Part shown: in pieces, positions 51,501 to 61,950 of the stretch | How the letters are laid out: each line of letters opens with the position of its first letter | Position numbering within the stretch: the stretch's first letter is position 1 | Assembly: GCA_965235115.1 (NCBI GenBank) | Contig: OZ249436.1 | Coordinates: forward strand, 29,018,001 to 29,082,000 | Direction: 5' to 3' | Length of the DNA stretch: 64,000 bases | Origin: Laetmonice hystrix | Lineage: Eukaryota | The notes under the pieces: model-generated | What the model was told of the DNA's origin: nothing | The model's database searches: none | The model's input: only the letters and a program-made list of their open reading frames with translations | Position numbers and translations under genes: made by a program

Positions 51501-54500
51501 TTGTCCTTTGCCGGCCACACCGGACATTATAAACCCCCACTTGACCTGTGAGTTGACTGCCTCACTTTGCTTATTGCTCTTCTGGTATTCATAGGCCAGC
51601 TGGGACAGTGGTTTATCAAGTGTCATGGCAGCTGAATATTTTAGACTGGCAGTTCTTTTCCGTGGCTTACCTGATGTGATCATGACAGAATGATATCTAG
51701 TGTTTCCGCATATCCCAAAACAACCCAGGGTGCTACCAATATACCCATGTTTAGTATTTTTTGAGTTTCTATTTCGGACTAAGTTGGTGCCTGGCTGGGC
51801 ACATTTCAACTGGTTGGGAATGTATACCCTTTGTGAGCCTTTGTCCAGCAGGGAGTACAGCAGATTTGGGGATTTTGTACACAGCATCTTTGGAAAGGGG
51901 ACATGTTTGATCCAGCAGAATGTTATTTTACAGGTCTCAAACTGAAGATGTAAAATTAAAAAAATACGTAGACCACGTGCCATGTATACTTGTGATAAAC
52001 CATAAAAGAGTAAAACTAGTCTTTACCAGAAGGCTTCAATAAGCAAAGTTTTCACCCCGTTTGTCTGTTGTTTTGTTATTTTGATTTGATGTTTTGTTTA
52101 ATTTTGGGTTTCCATTGACGTGTGTGCGACTGCTGTGTAGTGGAAGGTTTCTGGGAAAGCTTGCAGTCGCTGCAAACCCCGTTGTTACAAGGCCTGTCTG
52201 GGTTATCAGGGCTGCCAGCCTTACAGGGTTTGGCTCACAGCATCGAGTCGTTGAAAGGGGCCCGCAGCGAGGACAGCCTGGACTCCAAGTCCACACCGAC
52301 CAGTCCTGATAAAGGTGCACTCACACACATACATACACCACCGCCCGCACCACCCATGTACATTCACACACACACGACATGTATGACAAGATGGGGTTTA
52401 AGGTTTAATACAGTGGTCTGAATATGTCCAACATATTTCACTTTAATTTACATCAAGATAATGTTTGAAGGTAGTGAATATATGTTGTGTGTTTAAGTTG
52501 TGTACTGTTTACATGCTAAATCTGCCAGGGAAGCGTTTCACTAATGTTGATTTTTGCCAATATTGCCATGTTTCGCCAACACCGTCACCAATCTGGAGAT
52601 ATAGGGATGCAGAAGTGTTTCACTAAGAATTCTCGCCAAATTGGCCATTTTGCTGGTGAAACCATACAGCATACAGCACCTTTTGCTCTTTTACTCGTTG
52701 GCATTCTTGAAATGATTAATCAAGCCAAATCAAGAAATTTGTCCCGAGTTTGTTTATGCCAGCCATTTTGACATCAGTGTTTTAATACCCATAGCAAGGC
52801 TGTGCGCCAGCGGGGACAATTTATAGACGAGCGACAATGGCAAAATAGATTTGTGACTTAGGCGACAAAAATTTTTCACCGGGATCCCCAGATTTTGCAA
52901 AAAAGTTTATTCCCGAAAATCGGTGATGGCCAATCTTAGTGAAACGGGCCCCCTGAACCTTAACGTCGTGTAGTGATAGTGTATAAGGCTTTGTCAAGTC
53001 TTAGAGAATATAATAACGTTGAATTGGCAACTGGTGTGCATTTTCTGTTTCTATGGTCTTTGACTCTCGTGCCAGGTTACTTGTTATTGTACATTTTTTT
53101 AAATTCTTAGAGGTATTTTAATCGCATCCAAAAGTTTGCACATTGTAATTACAACCTTTTATTAAGAAGATATTTCTTACAATTACTGACATTTCACGAT
53201 ATAGATTTCCCTTATATTGGTCCTTATTTCAAGGAAATGTTAGTGGCACGTTAATTATCTTGTTATAAATTTTGAATGATGTGATTTTTCTTTTCTGTGT
53301 ACGGTATTTATTTCTTTTTTGTTTTTATCCGTTTGTTTGTTGCTTAAGGTTTAGGTAGTCCAGTTAGTGGCTGCAATATTTTGATAGCATTCCTTATTCA
53401 GACGAAAAACTGACCATTTTGCCATATTTGTGATGCAGGGAGTGCACCACCGCACTCTACTCTAGACCAGTACTTCCCACTGCAAGACATAGATCTTGGC
53501 GTGGCTTCGGCTGTCCAGTCGAAGACGGTGGGATCAGCAGCCAACCCGGGCTCTGTGAACAGCATCCCGCAGGCGCTGTTCAACATGGCCATGGAGGTAG
53601 AAATGTGTAGTCTGTCCCGCTGCACATCCTGTCTTTCGCTGCTCTATGATGAAGAGATCATGGCAGGATGGTCAGCTGATGACTCCAACCTCAATACGAC
53701 GTGAGTATATATAATGTAACTTGAGGAACTTTAGGAAAATCCAGTCATGTCGAGAATGTGTCAGATGTAAGAGAGGAATGACTTTACAATGAAAGTAATA
53801 GATTAGACTATGGAATAGATATAGAGACATAATGTCTATGGGAGAGGCTGTGTTGTGATTCAAGCCACTTCAGTGACAAAAAGCTCAAACTAAATGATCA
53901 TAGTGTGTGTTTTAATCTAGTCGTCATGCTTTATTGTAGGTGTCAGTTCTGCTCGTCCAAACTTGTACCACTGCTACAAATACAAGTGAAGGTAAGGATT
54001 TCTCCTATGGAAAATTGACAGAGCCTGGACATCTTAACATGTTGGACGCTTGAATTGGCATCAGTAGTCCAGGGGTGGAAATTAGGGAAAGTCGCCTACT
54101 GCACAGCCATTCAAACCACAGGGATCTGTAGCAGGTGCTGCCTCGCACCACTAAAAGGTCTGGAATTGTGCAACTCGAGTTGAGTGAAAAACATGAACCA
54201 CATTGAAAGTTCTCAGAGTCAGGTGGGCCTCTGACAGAGAATTTAGAACCTACTGTTCTAAGCTCTCAGCTTCTGAGTGTCGACCTGCCAAATACATTGT
54301 GAAGGCAGGTGATTGCAGGGGGAAAAAAATCGCTCACTCGTTAATTTGAGACAAATTGCCAGCAGAGTGACCTAAATGGTCAGACAAGGTCGCCCCACAG
54401 AGGTTTACTGTGGGCGAGCGTTAGTTTCAAGCCCTGGTAGTGTATCTGATTTAGTGGTATCTGCAGGTTATAATAAAGTATAAATCAGTTATAAGCCAAA

Positions 54501-57500
54501 TGTAACAATATGTCACTTTAGCAGAAGAAAAATATTGGAAAGGTGGACATGAATTTTTTCCATTTCATTTCTTCATTTTTCATGCTTTGTATATTGTAAA
54601 GGATTTCCGCCAGAGTAGTCGTCCAACGACCCTGACACCAAGCCAGTCATCAGAATCGATGCAGTCCATCCAGTCAGTACCACCTGTAGGACACCCAGCA
54701 ACGCGAGACCAGCGACTGACTGCCCTGGCCGCCACGGCCGTCAACCAAAGCCTCACCTCATTGACGAGCACTGATAGTGCACCCATGGAAGTCATTGAAG
54801 AAATAAAAGTCAACGGTAACAACAACGAAGAACTCGGAACAAACAGTATTGAAGAGGCTGAGAATGAAAGCACGGCAGAGAGCTCGCCAAAAGACATTGT
54901 CACTTCTGTAGTAACGGAGGCCAAGCTGATAGAATTCAGTCCAACCTCCACACCGTCTCACCAGTCCAAGTTGCAACCTGACCTTCCTGCTTCCAATGGT
55001 AACAAGCCTGAGAGCCCCGAGAGGAAGAAGTCTGTCGGTGAATGTAGCACGTCAAATGAGAAGGATGGTCAGAAGAAAAACCAGGAAGCCGATGATGTGT
55101 CACAAACCAGCAATGTTGAGGATGAAGATGGAACAGCCAGTGTGACGTCAACAAAGGATGAGGTGGATCGGTATGTGTAAAACTCCTCGTAATTTATATG
55201 GGAGAATGATCCTCCTGAAGAAAATGAGGTTTTTCCAAATGAACTCTTATATTTGAGTTGAATGATGATTAGCCAACCGAAGCTGGCTACAGGTAGTTTA
55301 ACTTCGATTTTAACAATAGCCTGCCTGAAAGTCTTACGGTTGAACAATATTTAAGATTCCGTTGAGTTGATACTATATTTGTGTTGACAGGAAGAAGAGT
55401 GTAAACCTAGAGCCCATGACGGTGCCGTACCTATCGCCGCTGGTCCTTCGTAAGGAAGTGGAGAATGTGTTGGAGCAGGAGGGAGACTTGTGTCTGAGCC
55501 GCCCACAGTTTGTGGACGAACATCCCATCATATTCTGGAACTTGGTTAGTGACACTCGTCATTGGCTATAAAGTCACTTTAGCCATACTCTTGTGTTCTT
55601 TTCTTGGATATCCTTTGACATTTAACATAACAGTTCGCAACCATGTGACTTATTCTGGTTACAGTAACATATGTTAGAAAATGTTGCCTGATTTATGCTA
55701 GTGAAGAAATTAGTCATAACACTATAACAAATGATGGTGATTGTTTGTGTTTATTAAGGTGTGGTATTTCCGCCGTCTGGACGTTCCAAGTCACCTGCCT
55801 GGTTTCATCCTCTCTGCTGCCTCCACCAACTACACTGACAACAAGGTTGGAATAACCAGTCACTCTAAAGAAAAATTATATTATCTTTTGAAGAAAAGGG
55901 CAAGGATTCCGAGGTGTTTGGTATAGATATTTTGAAATAGGATAATGGGCAGTGACCGAGTCACACTGGTTCCAGTGAAATATTTTCCTAATGTTTATTA
56001 TATCTGGAGGTGTTGTATTCGATATACACGTCTGCTGTGAAGTAAATGACAGTTGGTTCTGATGTTATGTGTTGTAGCAAAGTGTCATTATATGCAGTGA
56101 CATCAACTGCATGATATTTTGTGGCATGCTCTTAATACAGAAAAGTTTTGTGCCACATTATTGAAGTTTTAAGAGACGTTGTCTGGTGATGTGTGTAGGA
56201 ATTTTCTTGGTTACATTTTTCGTCTTTTTCTTTACTCAAACAAAATCAAACCTACAAAATTCGTCATGTCACGGGACTTACGAGAATAAGTAAATTACCT
56301 TTGATCGAATTGGTATAAGAGATATGACCCGGAAACAACATTAAACTCTATCCACTCTGATGATTTGAATTATTAAACTTAAAGATTTTTTACACCCTGT
56401 TTGGAAAACCCAGAATTTGACTAAAACATGCACATTACCAAATCCAAGGAACACATTTGATACTGGCATTTTAAATTAAATTATTAAATACCTGTAGATT
56501 AACTGAAAGTAAAGCTGACTGCGTGTGCAAATCTGTGACAGATCTTGGTAGCTTCTTTTGTAACCACCAATGGTGAGGAAAATGATTAGACAAAAATGAA
56601 GTAAACAAGATTTTGCAAAGAGAATGGCGATCATGTTAGGACATTGAAATTTCTTAGAGGTTTCCTGAAACCACCAGGTCGAGCATCCTCTAAAACACAC
56701 AAAGATCACACGATGACCTGCCTCAAAGGGCAACCATTAAAAATGCAATGTGTAACTTAAAAAGTGGACGATCATGTCGGGTGATAAAATTGCAGCCGCC
56801 CAAGTCTTGGTCGTCGGCCGACAGCCGCCACGTGGCCATCCGTCCTGTGTGGGACAACCTTAGGATGCATGAGGAGTTGAGCCCTCCCATGTATGTGCTC
56901 TGGAACAACAGTAAGTACCTTTGACAGCCACCAGCCCCCAAACATGCACAGCTTCAGGCTCGCTCAACCACACAGCCTCTGCCAGTAACGGCTCACCCTA
57001 ATTACTGCCATTCAAATACTCATGTTACGCCGACAGGGGATCTCTTCGTAAGGCAGGCACACACCCAGCCATTGTTTGCTTCTCAGTTCTTGCTTAATTT
57101 CAGTAGATTAGTAGCTTTGCAGGAAAGCGTAGGACATGCGTAAACAGGTAGTTAATGTGTAGTGCCTACCATGCATGTGTAAAGATAGAGTTAGTAGATG
57201 TGAGTAAAGATAGAGTTAGTAGACGTGTTTAGAGATGTTCCAGTAATAGCTTCATCAGTTGTAAAATTTTGCTTGTTTGTGACATATTTTAAAGATGCTG
57301 AATACATGTCGTTCAATATCTTATCAACACTTTGGGCTGTTAATACTGCTTGGTCAAGTTTCAGATCTCAAGTGTAGATTTTTCACAGCATTCATCCATA
57401 TACGTTTCTCATTTCCAGTTAAATGAAGTTGAATGTAGCTAAAGATTGTTTGGGATTAACTCTTTGTCGTCAGTTTCTAGTGTGAATAAAAACAATCCAG

Positions 57501-59048
57501 AATACACATTGCAATTTCCATGTGAGAGATATTGAAAGTGCTACGGTTCATGAAATGAATGCTGGGCAAATTTTGCTGTTGGTACTCACTTAAGATTTGA
57601 AGAGCATATAACATTGCCATAGGGTTAATAAGCCATCCAAATTAAATTTGTTTTTTAAAGAGGAACTGATAACTGTCAAAGATAGCGTGTAGTGGGTTGG
57701 ATAACCTAGTGTAGATGAGCGATGTATACTGAAATATGTAGACGGTGTGGGTTTCCTGGGTTTAGCGCTCAGCCGTTTGTAGACTGTTAAGTTTGCATGT
57801 GTGTCTGATGGATGTGTGCCTCTTTCAGCTCCCTACCAGTCGGCCACTCTGAATGCACTCATCACTGAGTCTCAGACCATGCCGCGAAGGTAAGACCAAT
57901 GCGCCCGAGCCTACTGCACCTGCCACTATACTAGAAAGATGCATGTTTAGTTTGTTAGTTCTTTATGAAATGTAATTTCATCTTTATGAAATGTAATTTC
58001 ATAAGTGTCCGAGTTTTCAATAGGAAGGTTTAGCACTGAGGATGTAGGCCAATACGTGAATTCTCAATTTAGGCCTCAGATATTGAAATTTCAGAAGATA
58101 CAGTATTAAATCGTCAGACCATTTAATTATGATTACTTAATCTCTGGCCATTGCTATTACCTCTGGTATGTAACATTCGCCCAAAACTTGACAACAAAAT
58201 TAATAAGTATTAAAGAGTATGCAAGCTGAAGTTGATAAAGAATTAGAAGCCACAGAATGAAAGATCCTCTGAGATGAATTATTGATATCGATAAAATGTT
58301 GAAAAAAGCGAAAACAGAAGATTTTGCAGGGAATGCTTCCAGTATGTTAGAGTCAGGCTCGTTGGCAGAAAATATGTTAGATAAAAACAATATTACAACA
58401 GTGATTTCGTTTGTGTTTTCAGTGTGATGCAGCGTATTGTTTCTAGCATTATGTGCAATGATGTCGTGACCCCAATCCGTCTGATTATGAGTGAACGCCA
58501 CAAGCAGAAGTTTGTCAAGGGCAAGCCACGTTTCCGCAGCATCTATAGGGACATTCTTTTCTTGGCATTTATAGCGCTAGGACGTGAAAATATCGATCAT
58601 GGTTTGTACATTAATGTCACATTGTAGTAAATACTTTTAACAATTTGACCTAAACTGAATCTGCTCTATTTGGCCTGTCTGTAATTCCTTCATATAGAAC
58701 CAGACCTGTGCAAACTGGTAAAGAAGGCCCAGCTTGCATTGACAAGGGTATTCTCAAAGAAACTCCGCACTTTGAACCATTGTATTTCTGTTTCCTCTCG
58801 CCAGATTGTCATGTACGGTAGTTTGAAGCACCCCCCCCCCCCTCCCCACACAGACAACAATATATTAACTGAAAATGGTATGTTATACTATATTGTGTTG
58901 TCTATTTTCAGATGCATTTGAACGGGAATATGTGCAGGCATTCAGTCAGCTGAACCCACGAGACCTTATTAAGATGCGTACCTATGACCGGCCACCAAAC
59001 AGGGCAGTCCACTGTTGTCGCAAAGTGTTCTCTGAGCTGGAACTTTAA
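27276..59048 (+). CDS. DENND4: DENND4/Crag-family Rab guanine-nucleotide exchange factor (C-myc promoter-binding protein-like), spliced, about 2162 aa
   Basis: 29 GT-AG exons with consistent phases totalling 6489 nt; family motifs [76 protein letters not shown]-terminal MABP plus PPR motifs mark DENND4. Confidence 0.96.
27802..34365 (-). mobile_element. Non-autonomous Helentron (HINE/DINE-1-like) array: three ~2.15-kb bodies and two ~61-bp heads
   Basis: Minus strand: head hairpins ATCCCATCCCC-loop-GGGGATGGGAT (34338-34365, 34277-34303), (TAG)n microsatellite, TGACCTT repeats, 3' subTIR (27831-27841), stem-loop TTGTGG/CCACAA, CTAG end in T-rich DNA, no TSD; bodies begin at 27802, 29975, 32116. 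Confidence 0.88.
27981..28448. mobile_element. Degenerate MITE carried inside each Helentron body (copy 1 shown)
   Basis: CAGGCTCAGATCCAG ... CAGATACGCCCCTG ends, G-run and GGGGTCCGGGGG motif. Confidence 0.5.
34489..34678 (+). CDS. DENND4: DENND4 exon 2 (MABP)
   Basis: VLYEGKER...[11 protein letters not shown]; ttacag / gtaagg. Confidence 0.95.
41420..41476 (+). CDS. DENND4: DENND4 exon 3
   Basis: [19 protein letters not shown]; ttgcag / gtaagt. Confidence 0.93.
42619..42688 (+). CDS. DENND4: DENND4 exon 4
   Basis: [23 protein letters not shown]; tttcag / gtcaga. Confidence 0.93.
42824..42922. repeat. Two-copy ~50-bp AT-rich tandem duplication
   Basis: ATACAAA(A)TTTTATAAT...TTGTTTTAAAAATTGTT.TAAAATGAAAA twice. 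Confidence 0.7.
43023..43192 (+). CDS. DENND4: DENND4 exon 5 (uDENN)
   Basis: [10 protein letters not shown]...VPMFCLPLG...[13 protein letters not shown]. Confidence 0.95.
43589..43830 (+). CDS. DENND4: DENND4 exon 6 (uDENN)
   Basis: [10 protein letters not shown]...[15 protein letters not shown]...VPIER. Confidence 0.95.
44195..44317 (+). CDS. DENND4: DENND4 exon 7
   Basis: [23 protein letters not shown]...PLQE. Confidence 0.93.
45049..45193 (+). CDS. DENND4: DENND4 exon 8 (cDENN)
   Basis: [16 protein letters not shown]...[17 protein letters not shown]. Confidence 0.95.
45309..45463. mobile_element. CAGGG-ended MITE with perfect 6-bp TSD
   Basis: CAGGGCTCGAA / TTCGAGCCCTG; TGACCC at 45303-45308 and 45464-45469. 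Confidence 0.85.
45539..45632 (+). CDS. DENND4: DENND4 exon 9 (cDENN)
   Basis: [31 protein letters not shown]. Confidence 0.95.
45777..45858 (+). CDS. DENND4: DENND4 exon 10 (cDENN)
   Basis: [25 protein letters not shown]. Confidence 0.95.
45998..46181 (+). CDS. DENND4: DENND4 exon 11
   Basis: [20 protein letters not shown]...FKRRRNE. Confidence 0.9.
46447..46588 (+). CDS. DENND4: DENND4 exon 12 (dDENN)
   Basis: [22 protein letters not shown]...SLFDVS. Confidence 0.93.
46827..47274 (+). CDS. DENND4: DENND4 exon 13 (dDENN and linker)
   Basis: FLRSRDK...[18 protein letters not shown]...[12 protein letters not shown]...LWAK. Confidence 0.95.
47413..47557 (+). CDS. DENND4: DENND4 exon 14
   Basis: [18 protein letters not shown]...QPPDE. 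Confidence 0.95.
47679..47807 (+). CDS. DENND4: DENND4 exon 15 (PPR motif)
   Basis: [43 protein letters not shown]. Confidence 0.95.
48084..48375 (+). CDS. DENND4: DENND4 exon 16
   Basis: AVLESKWPS...[15 protein letters not shown]... Confidence 0.93.
48503..48677. mobile_element. Tc1/mariner (pogo/Tigger-type) MITE
   Basis: TA-CAGTCGGGCCTCGTTTATCCG ... CAGATTAACGAGGTCTGACTG-TA; TA TSD and CAGT termini. Confidence 0.8.
48777..48977 (+). CDS. DENND4: DENND4 exon 17
   Basis: [11 protein letters not shown]...; ccccag / gtatgt; phase 1-1. Confidence 0.88.
49201..49335 (+). CDS. DENND4: DENND4 exon 18
   Basis: KEVAVPF...[12 protein letters not shown]...; gagcag / gtaaga; phase 1-1. Confidence 0.75.
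49514..51067 (+). CDS. DENND4: DENND4 exon 19 (1554-nt Ser/Thr/Pro-rich region)
   Basis: Covers the 512-aa [28 protein letters not shown]; tttcag / gtcagt. Confidence 0.9.
51449..51547 (+). CDS. Possible extra cassette exon of DENND4 (not counted in the 2162 aa)
   Basis: ttgtcag acceptor, gtgagt donor, 99 nt, phase 1-1, open frame; no recognisable motif. Confidence 0.3.
52141..52314 (+). CDS. DENND4: DENND4 exon 20 (probable cassette exon)
   Basis: Long T-rich tract then gtgtag; 174 nt, phase 1-1, open ([13 protein letters not shown]...SPDK); weak donor AAG/gtgcac. Confidence 0.55.
52526..52955. mobile_element. MITE with GGGCCCGTTTCAC-type termini (degenerate)
   Basis: CAGGGAAGCGTTTCACTAA ... 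TTAGTGAAACGGGCCCCCTG; second GTTTCACTAAG near 52617. Confidence 0.5.
53439..53700 (+). CDS. DENND4: DENND4 exon 21
   Basis: ...[36 protein letters not shown]. Confidence 0.92.
53940..53991 (+). CDS. DENND4: DENND4 exon 22
   Basis: [17 protein letters not shown]; ttgtag / gtaagg. Confidence 0.92.
54070..54436. mobile_element. CAGGG-ended MITE
   Basis: CAGGGGTGGAAATTA / TAGTTTCAAGCCCTG; flanks GTAGTC and GTAGTG (5 of 6 match). Confidence 0.65.
54602..55170 (+). CDS. DENND4: DENND4 exon 23 (low complexity)
   Basis: DFRQSSRP...DEVDR; phases match both neighbours. Confidence 0.88.
55391..55544 (+). CDS. DENND4: DENND4 exon 24
   Basis: [26 protein letters not shown]...HPIIFWNL. Confidence 0.95.
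55759..55845 (+). CDS. DENND4: DENND4 exon 25
   Basis: [18 protein letters not shown]. Confidence 0.93.
56796..56910 (+). CDS. DENND4: DENND4 exon 26
   Basis: ...[25 protein letters not shown]; donor gtaagt; acceptor position less certain. Confidence 0.82.
57829..57889 (+). CDS. DENND4: DENND4 exon 27
   Basis: [19 protein letters not shown]; tttcag / gtaaga; phase 1-2 needed to join exons 26 and 28. Confidence 0.87.
58423..58601 (+). CDS. DENND4: DENND4 exon 28
   Basis: [14 protein letters not shown]...[22 protein letters not shown]. Confidence 0.94.
58912..59048 (+). CDS. DENND4: DENND4 terminal coding exon 29
   Basis: [11 protein letters not shown]...DRPP...[14 protein letters not shown]. 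Confidence 0.94.
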
Positions 59049-59139
59049 ATCGTGACGGCTGATGGTCACTCATTCAGCTTGAGATAATGAAGACAAAAGT
59101 AAATAGAACCAGTGATATCATACGCTTCATTTTAGGGAG

Positions 59140-59145
59140 AATAAA
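59140..59145 (+). promoter_or_regulatory. First candidate polyadenylation signal after the DENND4 stop
   Basis: AATAAA about 90 nt after TAA; later AATAAA copies exist, so usage is unknown. Confidence 0.3.
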
Positions 59146-61878
59146 AACTAGACAAAAATGTATGTGTAATTTGAAAAGATTTCCTACCCTGATTATTTGT
59201 ATATTTGAAGTTTGGTCGAGGGAGACATAATAAACACAGGTTGTGGCCATGGTTGGTATGGGAGTAGGTGGGTGTGTGGGAAAACAGTTTCTAGAAGGTG
59301 ACAGATGTCTCGCACCAGGTGAATACCCGTAGAATGCAGCAAACAGGATGCGAACTGGTTTCCCAACACAAAAAAATAACCCACAATAATGGAGATGTTG
59401 GCAAATAATTCTAAGCTTCTAACCAGTTGGTGATTCTGGTAATTTGCAGTATGCCAGATATTTTTGCAATGGAATGATTATGAAAAAAAACCGGTGGTAC
59501 AAAAGGATAAGAATTATATTGATTCAAGTTGCTAAAGGAAATAGCTAGTTGTGATCTGTTGTGACAAAATTTTAAATGGTTTCCTGTAAGAGGAATCAAC
59601 TAATTTAAGATGTTAAAGTTGTACTTATTCCATCAGCAGTAATGCGCAACATCAATTTTTATGAGCTTTTAGGAAAAAAATATTTCCTTTTTTCATTATT
59701 CATCCCTCAGGAAATTATTAAAAATTTTGATTATTTTCAGATATTCTCAGCATTAAAGAGATGTACATGATATATCCCTCCACTATCCGTATGCAAACAA
59801 AACGGCAGAAAGTTCAATCGTGGCCACCATGTGTAGGAATACATTGAAATTGATAATAGTATTTGATCTGATCATGGCTTCATTGGTATACTAATTCGGT
59901 CCGAATTGGTTAATGTATACAAACAAAGCCAGTAATGCAGATACTGTGGTCTAGGTGGTCTAAGTGCTGGTTATGTTTACATTCCATATTTAAGGTTCAC
60001 CTTTCATCAGACTTCTAGACCAAATATACAAATGTATGCGACGGTGTATGCATTTCAAACATGGGGGCCACGGCTGGGAAGATGGTCGTTTTTCGGGATT
60101 GTTGATGGATATATTGCTTTTATGTCTTTAAAGTGCTTTTTCAGTTGGTGGTTTGAGTTCGATTTTTTGAAGGTTTGTAGGTCAACTAAAACTAAAACAG
60201 AGCCAATACATTGTACATGTAGTTCGAAGCACAGAGGTGCTCGACAGTGACCTGTTTGATATGGTAGGCCTCAACGGTGTTCTGGAAACGTGGAAATCTA
60301 TGGCTAAACATCATGTACCCTTCAAACTTGTGTTAGCACATGTCAAGTCTTTGTTTATGCTGCTACTGATGCCTGAATATACATGGGTATCTTCAGTACT
60401 CGAAATAAAATTTACCTGGCTTGTGAACGCAGTCAGATTGGAGTCATGGTATCCTAGAGCACTAGTGAGAATAGCATCATAGCAGGTAAAGCTAGGCACA
60501 ATTGTTACTACTTATGCCATCTTAGTAATTGATGCTTGGGAAAATTTCATATATAACAATGGAATGCACTGAGCTCTGTTTTGTCGACGTGTTTTATGTA
60601 GGTGCAGTGTACAATGTAGAAACTAGGTGACAGGACAGTTGGCAGTATGAATTGGCAGGTTGTGGGCGTGAGTAATCACTTGGGGGGAGGGGGGGGGGGC
60701 TCCCACCAAACCTGTCTGGTTCTCTGAATAGAGACACGTCAGAGGAATCAGAAACGTTGTTAACATTCTCAAGCTTTACAAAACGGCTATTGTAGTTGTC
60801 CCTCTAGGTGTTACAGATTATATGTATATTTGTAAGAAATAAGATACTAAATTTTATTTTTAAATAACTGAATTTGTTCAGTGGTGTAATAATTATGATC
60901 AATCTTATCTATTCATAATGTGATATATAAATATATATATGTATACAGGTACTGAGGTAGAAATAATGAAGGCTTAAATTTTTAGTAAGCCAACAGATGG
61001 AGCCAATCATTGAGAATATAAACTGAGCATTAGACTTCGAACACTAATGATTGTTTGTCATGATAATGGTATTCCATTTTATTGCGCAGTAGGCCGTGTG
61101 TGATAGTGATGCCCTTTGATGTACATAATACGAAGATAGCGGTTAGGGCACTGTGTTCTTTCTGTCCAGTGGCGCATTAAGCAATATGCTCATCACAACA
61201 GTTGTTTCCTTGACTGGAAGGATGACAGACGATTTGTCACTGCCTATAGACTCGAGTCCCTCCAGTACAGTAGGTTTAGACAAGTACATACGTGGATTTT
61301 AATGACCTTATTAATAGAATTCAGCGAGATGAGTTAACCAGTTTAAATCATCGAGTATCGGCAGTCCAGAGCATAATGTTGAAAGAAGGCAGAAATTTGA
61401 CGCACGTCTTGTGGACTGTGGACGTCAGGGAACGGGAATGCAGATCGAATGTACTGTCACAATGGAAACCGTCTTTTCAAACCTTACCAAGCGTGCAATG
61501 TTTGTTTTATTTTGTATAGAAATGTTCCTGGGAGAAATAGTGAGGAAAATAAATATTTGTATTGTGCGTAAAGTATTTTGATATCGGGGAAAATAATTTC
61601 CGTAGCACATTCATAATTTATTGTATTCTAAACATGAATTGATGACATTCGTTTTATATAACAACGTAAGACTGCATTTCTTTATCATTACGAAACCAAC
61701 GCCTATTGACACCATTGTTGGCAGAAATGGCTCTCTCTTTGTATTCACTGCCTCTCAGATCTTGTGATCTAATGTCGGTGTCTACTATAGGAGACATTCC
61801 TCACATAGATCTAGTCTGTAATGGAATTAAAAACGTATAGACTTGCAACTTGACATTGACCAATACAAGTGTGCCAGC

Positions 61879-61950
61879 TCTACGAAAGTACTTGTATAAA
61901 GTTTTCAATCCTGTATCCTGGTCTACGAAAGTACTTGTATGAAGTTTTCA
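61879..61950. repeat. Two-copy 43-bp-period tandem duplication
   Basis: TCTACGAAAGTACTTGTATRAAGTTTTCAA twice. Confidence 0.7.

Noticed and set aside
51429..51983. 184-aa minus-strand intronic ORF
   Set aside because: No recognisable motif or composition; chance ORF
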